A stretch of 64,000 bases of DNA from a virus, in IMG/VR virus record IMGVR_UViG_3300042446_001440, positions 16,170 through 80,169 of that record; one strand, given 5' to 3'. Below the pieces are notes generated by a model. That model did no database searches. It saw nothing but the letters and a program-made list of their open reading frames with translations, and was not told where the DNA came from. The translations under genes and the position numbers were made by a program. This document shows, piece by piece, positions 9,752 through 19,300 of this stretch. The first letter of the stretch is position 1. Each line of letters starts with the position of its first letter.

Positions 9752-11472
9752 GTATAAATACGGATATTAGTAAGTGGGTTAAAGGAAAAGATTATCCTGA
9801 GTTTATGGATGAAATAGCAATAAGTATGATTTCAAAAGGATATTTACTTCCAGACGAAAACGTATTTGACGCCTATAAGAGAGTAAGTAAAGCAGCATCA
9901 CGCAGATTAAGACGTAAAGATCTACAAGCATACTTTAACGAAGCAATAATAAAAAATTGGCTATGCTTAGCATCACCAGTACTATCAAATCTAGGTACTG
10001 AACGTGGAATGCCAATTTCATGTTTTGGAATTGACGTTGGTGATTCTATTGAAGGAATTGCTGATGCAAATTCAGAATTAATGAGATTATCATCTCAAGG
10101 TGGTGGAGTGGGAATTGGAGTATCTCGCATTAGAGGTAGAGGTAAACATATTAGAGATAATGGCACCTCGGAAGGTGTAGTTCCATGGTGTAAAATATAT
10201 GACTCAACTATCCTAGCAACTAATCAAGGTTCAGTTAGAAGAGGAGCGGCATCAGTTAATTTATCTATTAACCATCCTGATATTGAAGAATTCCTAGGAA
10301 TCCGTAGACCAAAAGGTGATGTTAATCGTCAATGTTTAAACTTACACCAATGTGTAGTAATTGATGATACATTCATGGATAAATTAGAAAATAAAGACGA
10401 ACGCTCAATGCGTTTATGGGGTGAAATACTAAAAACACGTCTTGAAACAGGTGAACCTTATATCATGTTTGAAGATAACGTTAATAAAGCTAATCCTGAA
10501 GGATATAAGAAACTAAATCTACACGTTTCAATGACAAACATATGTAGTGAGATTTCACTATACACAGATGAATTACATTCATTCATATGTTGCTTATCAT
10601 CATTGAATCTAGCACGTTGGGATGAATGGAAAGATTATAAGTTTGAAAATGGAATGACACTACCAGAACTAACATGCTGGTTTCTAGAAGGTGTATTACA
10701 AGAATTTATTGATAGAGCTAAGAACATTAAATTTATGGAAAACACAGTTCGCTCAGCATCTAAAGGTAGAGCAATTGGAATTGGCGTTTTAGGATGGCAC
10801 ACATTACTACAATCAAAGAATTTACCATTCGCAGGAATACAAGCATCATCATTAACAAGAATCATTTCTGAGTTCATTGAGACAGAAGCATTAAAAGCAT
10901 CTAGAGATCAAGCTGAAATGTATGGTGAACCAGAATGGTGTAGAGGTACTGGATTGAGACATTCGCATCATTTAGCAATTGCTCCAACAGTATCAAACGC
11001 TCATATTTCAGGTGGTGTATCTCCATCAATTGAACCTATTCCTGCGAACGTATACAATCTTAAAACCGCTAAAGGAGTATTCATCAAACGAAATAAAATA
11101 CTAGAAACACTATTAGAGAGTAAGGGATATAACATTGATAGCGTTTGGGATCAAATCTTAAAAGATCAAGGATCAGTAATCAACGTTCCTAGCTATATTC
11201 TAACAGACGAAGAAAAATCAGTATTCTTAACGTTTAAGGAAATTAATCAATTAGAAATAGTAAAACAAAATGCTATTAGACAAAAATACGTTGATCAAGC
11301 TATATCATTAAATCTATGCTTTGATCCTAATGATACACCAAAGTGGATATCTCAGGTACACAAAGAAGCACATAAAGCAGGAATTAAAACATTATACTAT
11401 CTACGTACTGAATCAGTATTGAGAGGAGATAACTTACAAAGACTATCAGAATGCATATCTTGTGAAGGGTAG
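9748..11472 (+). CDS. nrdA: Ribonucleotide reductase class I alpha subunit, no N-terminal ATP cone
   Basis: ISCF, GGGVG, TNICSEI, AIAPT, KTLYY and C-terminal CISCEG. Confidence 0.95.
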   Translation: MSINTDISKWVKGKDYPEFMDEIAISMISKGYLLPDENVFDAYKRVSKAASRRLRRKDLQAYFNEAIIKNWLCLASPVLSNLGTERGMPISCFGIDVGDSIEGIADANSELMRLSSQGGGVGIGVSRIRGRGKHIRDNGTSEGVVPWCKIYDSTILATNQGSVRRGAASVNLSINHPDIEEFLGIRRPKGDVNRQCLNLHQCVVIDDTFMDKLENKDERSMRLWGEILKTRLETGEPYIMFEDNVNKANPEGYKKLNLHVSMTNICSEISLYTDELHSFICCLSSLNLARWDEWKDYKFENGMTLPELTCWFLEGVLQEFIDRAKNIKFMENTVRSASKGRAIGIGVLGWHTLLQSKNLPFAGIQASSLTRIISEFIETEALKASRDQAEMYGEPEWCRGTGLRHSHHLAIAPTVSNAHISGGVSPSIEPIPANVYNLKTAKGVFIKRNKILETLLESKGYNIDSVWDQILKDQGSVINVPSYILTDEEKSVFLTFKEINQLEIVKQNAIRQKYVDQAISLNLCFDPNDTPKWISQVHKEAHKAGIKTLYYLRTESVLRGDNLQRLSECISCEG

Positions 11473-11514
11473 CGGGCCTTTAGTATCTTCATATATTTAT
11501 TGGAAACAATAATT

Positions 11515-12150
11515 ATGATAGGAATATACAAAATTACAAATCCAAGAGGTGAAGTTTATGTGGGATTGTCAAAGAATATAGAATTGCGATGGCAATCCCA
11601 TAAAAATTTCCAATTCCATAAAAACAATAAATTAAAAGAATCTTTACTACGAGATAATATTGAACTTCATATATTTGAAGTAATTGAAGAAGTAGATATA
11701 TCGGATTTAAGACAATATGAAGCTAATGCTTTACTTCGAAAACGAGAAAGGTATTGGATTAATAAATTAAATTCATTCAATATAGGACTAAATGAAAACG
11801 GTGGTGGTAGTGGATGCGGTTCCCATACAGACGAATCTAAACAAAAGATTTCTCAATCTTTAAAGGGTAAACCAAAACCATTAGACTTCGGAGCTAAAAG
11901 AAAAAAATGGCAACATACGGACGAGTGGAAGGAAAAAGTAAAATCAGCTCCTAGATGCCCTGTACTAATGCTTAAAGATAATATAATAGTTCAAGAATTT
12001 CCAAATCAACAATCCGCAGCTGATCATTTAGGAGTAAGAAAACAAGCAATATGGAATATGTTAAACGGATTTAAAAATAGAAATGGTGTTCCTATCATCC
12101 AAGTAAGAGGATACACATTTAAATATAAAGAAAAAAATAGTATAAAATGA
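11515..12150 (+). mobile_element. GIY-YIG homing endonuclease with NUMOD3-like and HTH DNA-binding repeats
   Basis: MIGIYKITN..VYVGLS..R, RERYWI and HTDESKQKIS motifs; inserted right after nrdA. Confidence 0.85.
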
Positions 12151-12264
12151 AAAAACAATTTAAAAAACAACTAACAGAAGTTGAATCAACTGAATTAGAC
12201 AAAAAAATCCAAGATAGATGGATTAGTATTAATAAAATGAAACAACTTTTAAAATTAAAAGGAT

Positions 12265-12522
12265 ATGATAAGTCTAGTAGAACTTCTAAATGAAATAAAA
12301 GCTTCTAAATATATTGATATTATAGAAAATTTATTACTTAAAATTAACTGGAATCAATTTCAAGAATTCCAGTCTATTCATGATACTGCTCTGAGTATAG
12401 TAGATGATATTAATAATATCCATAATTATGAAGGTGAAAGTGCTATTAAACATTTAGAAGAAATAAAAAAACAAGCTAATGATGTAATATATATTTTAAA
12501 TAATCTGTTAGAAAATCAATAG
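12265..12522 (+). CDS. Hypothetical protein
   Basis: 85-aa ORF. Confidence 0.5.
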   Translation: MISLVELLNEIKASKYIDIIENLLLKINWNQFQEFQSIHDTALSIVDDINNIHNYEGESAIKHLEEIKKQANDVIYILNNLLENQ

Positions 12523-12715
12523 TATAAAATAATAGGAATGGCAAAATAAAAATCTTAAATTTACACTATGGATTTAGAGCAAATAAAAAAAGAAGCAGAG
12601 CAAATAAAGGAGCTAGATTTTAATAAAATACCTCCTGAAAAAGTAGATGAACTAATAGAAAAACTACTTGGGATGCTAGACACTACAGAACAACACCTAT
12701 CACAAATCAAAATAG

Positions 12716-12928
12716 ATGATCATGAATAATACAATAGAAAATATAATACATATTTTAGGTCTATTAATGTTAATAGTTGTATTATTAGGATTTCCATTAA
12801 TGATTCTATGGAATTGGCTGATGCCAGCAATATTTGGACTCCCAGAAATTGGATTCTGGCAAGCAATTGGACTTAATTTATTATCAGCAATATTAATTAA
12901 ACCATCAATTAAAATAAATAAAGACTAA
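12716..12928 (+). CDS. Small two-TM membrane protein
   Basis: Hydrophobic helices; LWNWLMP.IFGLPEIGFWQA. Confidence 0.6.
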   Translation: MIMNNTIENIIHILGLLMLIVVLLGFPLMILWNWLMPAIFGLPEIGFWQAIGLNLLSAILIKPSIKINKD

Positions 12929-12932
12929 GATT

Positions 12933-13601
12933 ATGAAAAAAGGTTATGCAGTATTAGTTATCTTATTACTAACACTACTTAGTTGTAGAAAAAGTAATGA
13001 TCCCTATCCATTTGCAAATAGCAAACGAACTAAATTAGTAATGAATTACCCAAAAGATAATAATGGATATTACAGAGTACCAATTGATTCTTCAACTAAT
13101 ACAAATAGATTCGTTATATATGCTGAAGCTGCTAAACTAATTCCATTCTACTGGTATAATAAAGTATCAGTGATGTCTGTTAGATTTGATTGTAATACTT
13201 ACTATATATTAGGATCACTAAGTGATACTCTAGTAGTTCATATTCCATTATATAGTCCCTTTAGCAGTTTATACAGTAGTCCATACTTTAATGTACCAAT
13301 ACCCGTTAAAAATAAAACCGTAGTACTAAGTCAATATGCAAATAGCATTGTTGAAATGGTACAGGAAACAAGTATATATCTTAAAGAATATGATCCAGGT
13401 AATTCATATAAACCAGCTGATGAATACAAACCAGAAGAGGGAATGTATTGGAGTAAACGTATCGTGGGACCTATACCTGGATATTTTAAAGGAGATACAA
13501 TAATAGTATATTCTAAGACAGAATGGGATGCCGGAAATTATACTTACGAGCACCCAGATGAAACTACCAAAATAGATAGCGTAAAAATAATATTTAAATA
13601 A
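12933..13601 (+). CDS. Putative lipoprotein
   Basis: MKK, hydrophobic stretch, then LLSC lipobox. Confidence 0.65.
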   Translation: MKKGYAVLVILLLTLLSCRKSNDPYPFANSKRTKLVMNYPKDNNGYYRVPIDSSTNTNRFVIYAEAAKLIPFYWYNKVSVMSVRFDCNTYYILGSLSDTLVVHIPLYSPFSSLYSSPYFNVPIPVKNKTVVLSQYANSIVEMVQETSIYLKEYDPGNSYKPADEYKPEEGMYWSKRIVGPIPGYFKGDTIIVYSKTEWDAGNYTYEHPDETTKIDSVKIIFK

Positions 13602-13602
13602 T

Positions 13603-14064
13603 ATGAGTAAATTTCAATCAACAAAATTATTCGACGGATTCAGTTGTGTATTCCGTCAATGGAAAGCAGAAGGTACACATTGTCGTTTCCTTCATGGATA
13701 TGGAATATCATTTAGAGTATGGTTCGAAGGCGAATTAGACGAACGCAATTGGGTTTGGGACTTTGGAGGAATGAAACGCGCTAAAGGAACTATAGATGGG
13801 ATGAATCCTAAAGCGTGGATGGATTATATGTTCGACCATACAACTATAGTAGCAGAAGATGATCCAGGATTAGCTGGATTTAAAACAATGGATCAAATAG
13901 GTATAGTCCAATTAAGAGTAATTCCAGCAGTTGGAGCAGAACAATTTGCAAAATATATCTTTGAAAAACTAAATACATTCGTTCAAGAAGAAACAGAAGA
14001 TAGAGTTAAAGTTATAAGAGTAGAATTTATGGAGCACAGTAAGAATACTGCTATTTATGAATAA
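13603..14064 (+). CDS. queD: 6-carboxy-5,6,7,8-tetrahydropterin synthase
   Basis: HCRFLHGY, VWDFG, FDH and GAEQFA motifs; cluster context. Confidence 0.9.
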   Translation: MSKFQSTKLFDGFSCVFRQWKAEGTHCRFLHGYGISFRVWFEGELDERNWVWDFGGMKRAKGTIDGMNPKAWMDYMFDHTTIVAEDDPGLAGFKTMDQIGIVQLRVIPAVGAEQFAKYIFEKLNTFVQEETEDRVKVIRVEFMEHSKNTAIYE

Positions 14065-14335
14065 AAAGTTTGAAAAAAATTACGAAAAGTCACGTCGCAA
14101 GATACTTCGTGAAGAATATGAAAAAAATAATCCTCGTATTCCAACAGAAGACGAATTATTAGAAAATAATAGTTATTGGGATATTGATTACTTAGAAGAA
14201 GCAAACAAAAAAACTAACCAAGGTATTAAATATTGGAAAAATAGATATGATAATGCCTCGGGTAATATGGGAAAATGGTATTGTCAAATACGAATTGATT
14301 TATTAAAGAAAAAATTAAAACACTATGAAAATTAG
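14057..14335 (+). CDS. Hypothetical protein
   Basis: 92-aa ORF overlapping both neighbours. Confidence 0.55.
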   Translation: MNKKFEKNYEKSRRKILREEYEKNNPRIPTEDELLENNSYWDIDYLEEANKKTNQGIKYWKNRYDNASGNMGKWYCQIRIDLLKKKLKHYEN

Positions 14336-15110
14336 TCACGAGCTTCCCTTATGCTTCATGCATTACAGTACTAAATGGAATGATTATGAATATTGCCTTC
14401 CTCATTTAGTAGACGAATATGATCAATATAGAATACATTTTCAACTAGCTCGTATCTATAAACGCTTCATTATAATGGATAATGGATTATTTGAAGGAGT
14501 AAAACACACACAAAAAGATCTATTATCTAAAATAAATCTAATACGACCAAACATATTCATAGTACCAGATGCTTGGAATGATTCAACTCAAACAATAGTG
14601 AATGCTAAGAGCTGGATGAAAAATAATAGAGCTAAAATATCAGATGAAGTTGAATTAATGGCAGTATTACAAGGTAATACCTTAGCTGAATTACTAACAA
14701 CATATCAAACGCTAGTAGATTTAGGATATAAACACATAGCATTTAATCATTCTAGTATTGCATATCAAGATATGTATCCTAACATTGAACCTCTTAAAGC
14801 ATCAATGTATGGTAGAATGGAATTAATTAGAAAACTAGTAGAAATGAAAGCTATAGTTAACTCAAATTACCACCATTTATTAGGATGTTCATTACCACAG
14901 GAATTTATGGGATATAAAGATTGGAAATTTATTAAATCAGTAGATACGTCTAATCCTATCCTAGTAGGGGCTGAAGGTAAACGCTACACAGATAGTGGTT
15001 TAAATTGGAAACCTAAAGAAAAACTAGAATATTACTTTGAGAAAGATTTGAGTGGGCAAAAAGAAGATATTATGTTTAACGTGCAAAAATTTAAGCAATT
15101 TATAAAATAA
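14325..15110 (+). CDS. dpdA: TGT-fold guanine transglycosylase, DpdA-like (7-deazaguanine insertion into DNA)
   Basis: IMDNGLFE, IVPD, MAVLQG, HHLLG and SVDTS parallel TGT/DpdA motifs; lies between queD and queC. Confidence 0.7.
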   Translation: MKISHELPLCFMHYSTKWNDYEYCLPHLVDEYDQYRIHFQLARIYKRFIIMDNGLFEGVKHTQKDLLSKINLIRPNIFIVPDAWNDSTQTIVNAKSWMKNNRAKISDEVELMAVLQGNTLAELLTTYQTLVDLGYKHIAFNHSSIAYQDMYPNIEPLKASMYGRMELIRKLVEMKAIVNSNYHHLLGCSLPQEFMGYKDWKFIKSVDTSNPILVGAEGKRYTDSGLNWKPKEKLEYYFEKDLSGQKEDIMFNVQKFKQFIK

Positions 15111-15115
15111 AAGTT

Positions 15116-15394
15116 ATGGAAAGAATGATATCATTATTTGATTATTTAGGCTATGCAGCAGGAAATGAATTAGGACAAAACGTAGCTGACTATGCTAAAA
15201 TTAGAAAAGTAAAATGTGGAATGCGTTCTGTATCTACTCTTAAATATAAAGGACCCGTTATGTTATATACTAAGGAATTTATAGATGAATATTTCGCAGT
15301 AGAAAAATTATTTAATGGTAAAGATTATACAGAGATTAATACCGAATTAACAGAAGATAGTTTTAAAGCAGCAGCAGTAGAGTCAGTATATTAA
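15116..15394 (+). CDS. Hypothetical protein
   Basis: 92-aa ORF after promoter motif 15047-15078. Confidence 0.55.
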   Translation: MERMISLFDYLGYAAGNELGQNVADYAKIRKVKCGMRSVSTLKYKGPVMLYTKEFIDEYFAVEKLFNGKDYTEINTELTEDSFKAAAVESVY

Positions 15395-15451
15395 TAAAGG
15401 TTTGCAACTCCATAACCTACAATACCGGAGTATACAATATAATTATTTAAA

Positions 15452-16294
15452 ATGAAAAAACAAGCAGTATTAAGTCTATCTGGTGGAATGGATTCATCCA
15501 CACTATTACTTCATCTATTAGCTGAAGGTTATCAGGTAACAGCATTAGGATTCGATTACGGTCAAAAACACAAAGTAGAATTAGAAAGAGCAAAATCATT
15601 AGTAAAGTATATTAATGACGTTATGTTTGAAAGTAAACGAGACAATTTCGTTAAACATCAAATCATCAAATTAGACGGATTACCTTCACTATTAAATTCA
15701 GCACTAGTAGAAGGTGGAAAAGATGTTCCTGAAGGTCACTACGAACAAGACAACATGAAAGAAACAGTTGTTCCTAATCGTAATAAAATATTCAGTTCAT
15801 TAATTCAAGCAGTAGCATTATCAATTGCAACTACAGGAGATAAGAAAGAAGTAAAAATCGCATTAGGAATTCACGCTGGTGATCATGCTATTTATCCTGA
15901 CTGCAGACAAGAATTTAGAGATGCAGATATGGAAGCATTTAAATTAGGTAACTGGGATAGTGAATTAGTATCATTCTATACTCCATATCTAGATACTGAT
16001 AAATTCGGTATATTACAAGATGGATTAGCAGCATGTAACAAATTAGGGCTTAACTTTGATGAAGTATATAAGCGCACAAATACATCTTATAAACCAATTA
16101 AATTGTCAAAGGATATTTGGTTATCAGATTATAAATCAGCAGCATCAGTAGAACGTGTAGAAGCATTTATTAAATTAGGCAGACCAGATCCTGTACAATA
16201 TGGGGAAGTGGTAGAAGGTAGTGGAATAAGAATAGTAAAATGGGAAGAAGTAAGAGCATCAGTAAAAGAAGTATTAGATGCACACAATTCGTAA
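15452..16294 (+). CDS. queC: 7-cyano-7-deazaguanine (preQ0) synthase
   Basis: SGGMDS PP-loop, FDYGQKH..E, VPNRN and YPDCR. Confidence 0.92.
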   Translation: MKKQAVLSLSGGMDSSTLLLHLLAEGYQVTALGFDYGQKHKVELERAKSLVKYINDVMFESKRDNFVKHQIIKLDGLPSLLNSALVEGGKDVPEGHYEQDNMKETVVPNRNKIFSSLIQAVALSIATTGDKKEVKIALGIHAGDHAIYPDCRQEFRDADMEAFKLGNWDSELVSFYTPYLDTDKFGILQDGLAACNKLGLNFDEVYKRTNTSYKPIKLSKDIWLSDYKSAASVERVEAFIKLGRPDPVQYGEVVEGSGIRIVKWEEVRASVKEVLDAHNS

Positions 16295-16315
16295 ACAAAA
16301 ATCAAATATACAGTT

Positions 16316-16546
16316 ATGAGTTATCAAACAAAAGTTCGTGCTAATTACATGAACAGAACAGCAAAGTTAGCCTTCTTTAAAGCCCGTAAACGCACAGGCG
16401 ATGTTACTAAAGTAGCAGAAACAGTAGGTTATTCAACTAGTCACGTATCTAATACAATTAGTGGTACTAGGAGAATTAATAATACAATTGCAAATGCAAT
16501 GTATTCACTAACACGCAGACGCATCAAAAACAGTGAGTTAGCATAA
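16316..16546 (+). CDS. Small basic helix-turn-helix DNA-binding protein
   Basis: VTKVAETVGYSTSHVSNTISG HTH pattern. Confidence 0.65.
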   Translation: MSYQTKVRANYMNRTAKLAFFKARKRTGDVTKVAETVGYSTSHVSNTISGTRRINNTIANAMYSLTRRRIKNSELA

Positions 16547-16560
16547 GCTAATCCATACCC

Positions 16561-16600
16561 AAGATCTCAGTTGCCCTGTAAGGCAATTGGGATCTTTTTT
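16561..16600 (+). terminator. Rho-independent terminator
   Basis: AAGATCTCAGTTGCC-CTGTAA-GGCAATTGGGATCTT followed by a T-run. Confidence 0.8.
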
Positions 16601-16896
16601 AAACTTAACATTATGATAGAATTTATAGAACATACCTTAGGATTATGTGGAGAAAAACATTTTAATATTGCAGCAGTAATATTGGATTGGCAAAACTTTA
16701 GCCCTATATTAAACTATATTAAATCATTATTCAAATAAAACATGGAGGACAAACATATGAAGTGTATTAAAAGTAATAAAACCGGAAACATCATCCGAGT
16801 AAGTAATCAACAAGCAGATCAAACTGTAGGTAGAGAATGGAAATTCGTATCTAAATCAGAATGGAAAAATAAAGATAAAGTTGAAAAAAGTAACGT

Positions 16897-17154
16897 ATGA
16901 GTTATATAGTTAAGTTTATATTAGTAATGTTTGTTACGATAGTAGCAGATGTTTGTTGGACCTACTATTTTCTAAATGTAGAAGAACGCAAGCCGATGGC
17001 TGCAGGTATTTGGTCAGCACTTATTATAGTAGCGAGTGCTTTTATAACAACTAGCTATGTAGCAGATAGATCATTAGTACCAGCAGCAGTTCTAGGAGCA
17101 TTTATAGGAACTGCAGGTACAGTATATTATAAAAAGAAAAAAGAAAATAAATGA
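16897..17154 (+). CDS. Small three-TM membrane protein
   Basis: Hydrophobic segments; overlaps the queE start. Confidence 0.6.
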   Translation: MSYIVKFILVMFVTIVADVCWTYYFLNVEERKPMAAGIWSALIIVASAFITTSYVADRSLVPAAVLGAFIGTAGTVYYKKKKENK

Positions 17155-18053
17155 GTAAAATAGAATCAAATAAGCTACTAATCAGTAGCGACTTCTATTC
17201 CGTCCAAGGAGAAGGAATAAGCAGTGGAATACCATCGTACTTCGTTCGTTTAGGATTATGTAATCTAACTTGCGGTATGTCTAGACCATTCACTAATAAC
17301 CTATTAAAGGAAGCAGCATTAGCTGATGGTGAAATATTCAAAGGTGATTTAGAATTAGAAGGTAAAGCAACTTGGACTTGTGATAGTACATCTCAGTGGT
17401 TATGGAGAGGTGAAAATAAAGATTTCCAATACCTAATTGATCAATGGAAAGAACAAGGTATATATGATGATATTTTAAATGGTAATATCCATATCATTTG
17501 GACAGGTGGTGAACCAACAATTAAAGGACATCAAGTAGCTATTGCCGGTTTTATTAAATATTGGGCTAATTATGTAGAAGATAATAAAGAAGGAGATACA
17601 GAAGTTCATACATTTGATCGTGAAACAAATATGCATTCTATTCATTACAAACCAGTAAATTCATTTCATGAGATAGAAACAAATGGTACAAACTATATTG
17701 AAGAATATTTATTCGGTAAACTAAATCAAATCAACTGTTCACCTAAGTTATCCAATTCAGGTATGACAGCTAAACAACGTATTAATCCAGAAGCGATTAA
17801 ACGTATAATGGAACATAAAAATTATCAATTTAAGTTTGTTGTTAGTATAGAGGACGACATTCAAGAAATCTTTAGAGACTTTATTGAGCCGTTTAATATT
17901 CCATTGAAAAATATAATTATAATGCCTGGAATGGATAGTAGAGATGATTTTCATGAAAGAACGCAGTTTAGCTTAGAAATGGCTAAAAAGTATAAGATTA
18001 GAGGTATGACCAGATTACATTTAAGTGCGTGGGATAAAACCTTGAACGTCTAA
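17151..18053 (+). CDS. queE: 7-carboxy-7-deazaguanine synthase (radical SAM)
   Basis: FYSVQGEG, FVRLGLCNLTC, CDS, TGGEP, IETNGT, CSPKL and RLH motifs. Confidence 0.92.
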   Translation: MSKIESNKLLISSDFYSVQGEGISSGIPSYFVRLGLCNLTCGMSRPFTNNLLKEAALADGEIFKGDLELEGKATWTCDSTSQWLWRGENKDFQYLIDQWKEQGIYDDILNGNIHIIWTGGEPTIKGHQVAIAGFIKYWANYVEDNKEGDTEVHTFDRETNMHSIHYKPVNSFHEIETNGTNYIEEYLFGKLNQINCSPKLSNSGMTAKQRINPEAIKRIMEHKNYQFKFVVSIEDDIQEIFRDFIEPFNIPLKNIIIMPGMDSRDDFHERTQFSLEMAKKYKIRGMTRLHLSAWDKTLNV

Positions 18054-18082
18054 AAATATATTTTCTAGATATTTATTATAGT

Positions 18083-18167
18083 AAAAGGCTGCTGGCACAG
18101 TTCTAAAATAATAGGCTCAAGGTCCTTAGAGTATGCCAGTACTCTATCATGACTAAGAGCCTTTTTT
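18083..18167 (+). promoter_or_regulatory. Pseudoknot-capable RNA leader / terminator-like hairpin before the HNH gene
   Basis: Stems AGGCTC/GAGCCT and TAGAGTA/TACTCTA; loop TGCCAG is complementary to upstream CTGGCA; T-run follows. Confidence 0.55.
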
Positions 18168-18177
18168 ATTTATTATA

Positions 18178-18750
18178 ATGCATTATAGACAGATTTGGGA
18201 ACAAGTAAATGGATTAATTCCAATTGATGAACAAGGAAGACCTTATGAAATACATCATCTAGATGGAAATCGAAAAAATAACAATGTTAATAACTTAAAG
18301 TGTGTAACTGTAGAGGATCATTACAATATACATCTACAACAAGGAGATTATTATGCTGCTTGGATTATAGGTCAAAGACTTAGCAGAAGCCTAGAAGAAT
18401 TAGTAGAACTAAAAAAGAAAATGTCAGCTGCTAAAAAAGGTAAGCCGAGTAGTTTTACGGGAAAAAAACATTCCGAAGAATCAAAACATAAAATGTCTGA
18501 ATCCGCTAAACGCAGAGGTATCCCAGAAGAAAGACAGCGTAGAATGGCGTTAGCAAGGATAGGAGTAAAAAGAGGACCATTCTCGGATGAACATAGAGCT
18601 AAACTAAGTGCGGCACATAAAGGTAAACCTAACCTAGGCAAAGGAATATCAAAAGGATTTGTAGAATGCCCTTACTGCAATAAAGTAGGAGGTGCACCAG
18701 GAATGAAAAGGCACCACTTTACACACTGTAAAAAATATTTGGAAAATTAA
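18178..18750 (+). mobile_element. HNH homing endonuclease with NUMOD3 repeats inserted after queE
   Basis: EIHHLDGNRKNNNVNNL..H motif; HSEESKHKMS and SDEHRAKLS repeats; C-terminal CPYC..HHF..C. Confidence 0.85.
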
Positions 18751-18840
18751 AATAATTAACATATCTTTATTTTATGGTTATAAACATTATCTACAACCTC
18801 GTATACATTCCAGTAATTTATAAAACATTAAACGTATAAC

Positions 18841-19119
18841 GTGAAAACAATTAACATAGAAATCGCAAATATTACTGATGCTCAAGCAATTGCTTTAGAG
18901 GATATGTTTAGAACTTGGGTTAGTTTAGGAAATATTGGCTCAAGCAGATGGACATCCTTTTATGCAGACGGAGACGGTAACTTTAGGCCTAGTATTAAAG
19001 TAGACGGTAAAGACGCTGAATTTTCTCCTTTAATAGATGAAAAAATAAGAAATAAAATGTGGGAAGAAGGGGAATATAGAATTGATTATGACATGCTTGC
19101 ATGGAAATTAAAACATTAA
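18841..19119 (+). CDS. Hypothetical protein (cassette)
   Basis: 92-aa ORF between repeat copies 1 and 2; contains YADGDGNFRP. Confidence 0.6.
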   Translation: MKTINIEIANITDAQAIALEDMFRTWVSLGNIGSSRWTSFYADGDGNFRPSIKVDGKDAEFSPLIDEKIRNKMWEEGEYRIDYDMLAWKLKH

Positions 19120-19129
19120 ACGTATAATA

Positions 19130-19291
19130 GTGGAAAATATAATAGAAGTAAAATTCTGGATGGAACTTGAAACTACAGTAGATAATATGAATGAATTTAC
19201 TAAAAGTGAAGATTATAGATTAGTAGCTGAAATACTTAAAAAGTATTCTATTGATGTAGTTATTTGCTCTAAAGTAAAACCAAAACATTAA
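19130..19291 (+). CDS. Small hypothetical protein (cassette, 53 aa, GTG start)
   Basis: VENIIEVKFWMELE...KVKPKH*, lying between repeat copies 2 and 3. Confidence 0.45.
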   Translation: MENIIEVKFWMELETTVDNMNEFTKSEDYRLVAEILKKYSIDVVICSKVKPKH

Positions 19292-19300
19292 ACACATAAT

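Larger units (their letters stand above)
18821..19299 (+). repeat. Three direct repeats AAAACATTAAAC(G/A)(T/C)ATAA (18822-18839, 19110-19127, 19282-19299), copies of the queE 3' end
   Basis: Read directly from sequence; copies 1 and 2 encode KTLNV-stop, as does queE 18036-18053. Confidence 0.8.

Noticed and set aside
8186-12150. Group I introns or inteins in nrdA/nrdB (also checked PolB, helicase and RecA)
   Set aside because: Reading frames are continuous and of normal length; the endonucleases lie between genes.
14325-15110. Canonical tRNA-modifying Tgt (queuosine pathway)
   Set aside because: Too short, lacks the zinc-binding motif, and no queF or queA is present; a DNA-directed DpdA fits better.
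18821-19299. Direct repeats as a CRISPR array
   Set aside because: Repeats are 18 nt, spacers are 150-270 nt and protein-coding, and there is no cas operon. The PD-(D/E)XK nuclease at 31 kb is a common stand-alone phage enzyme.
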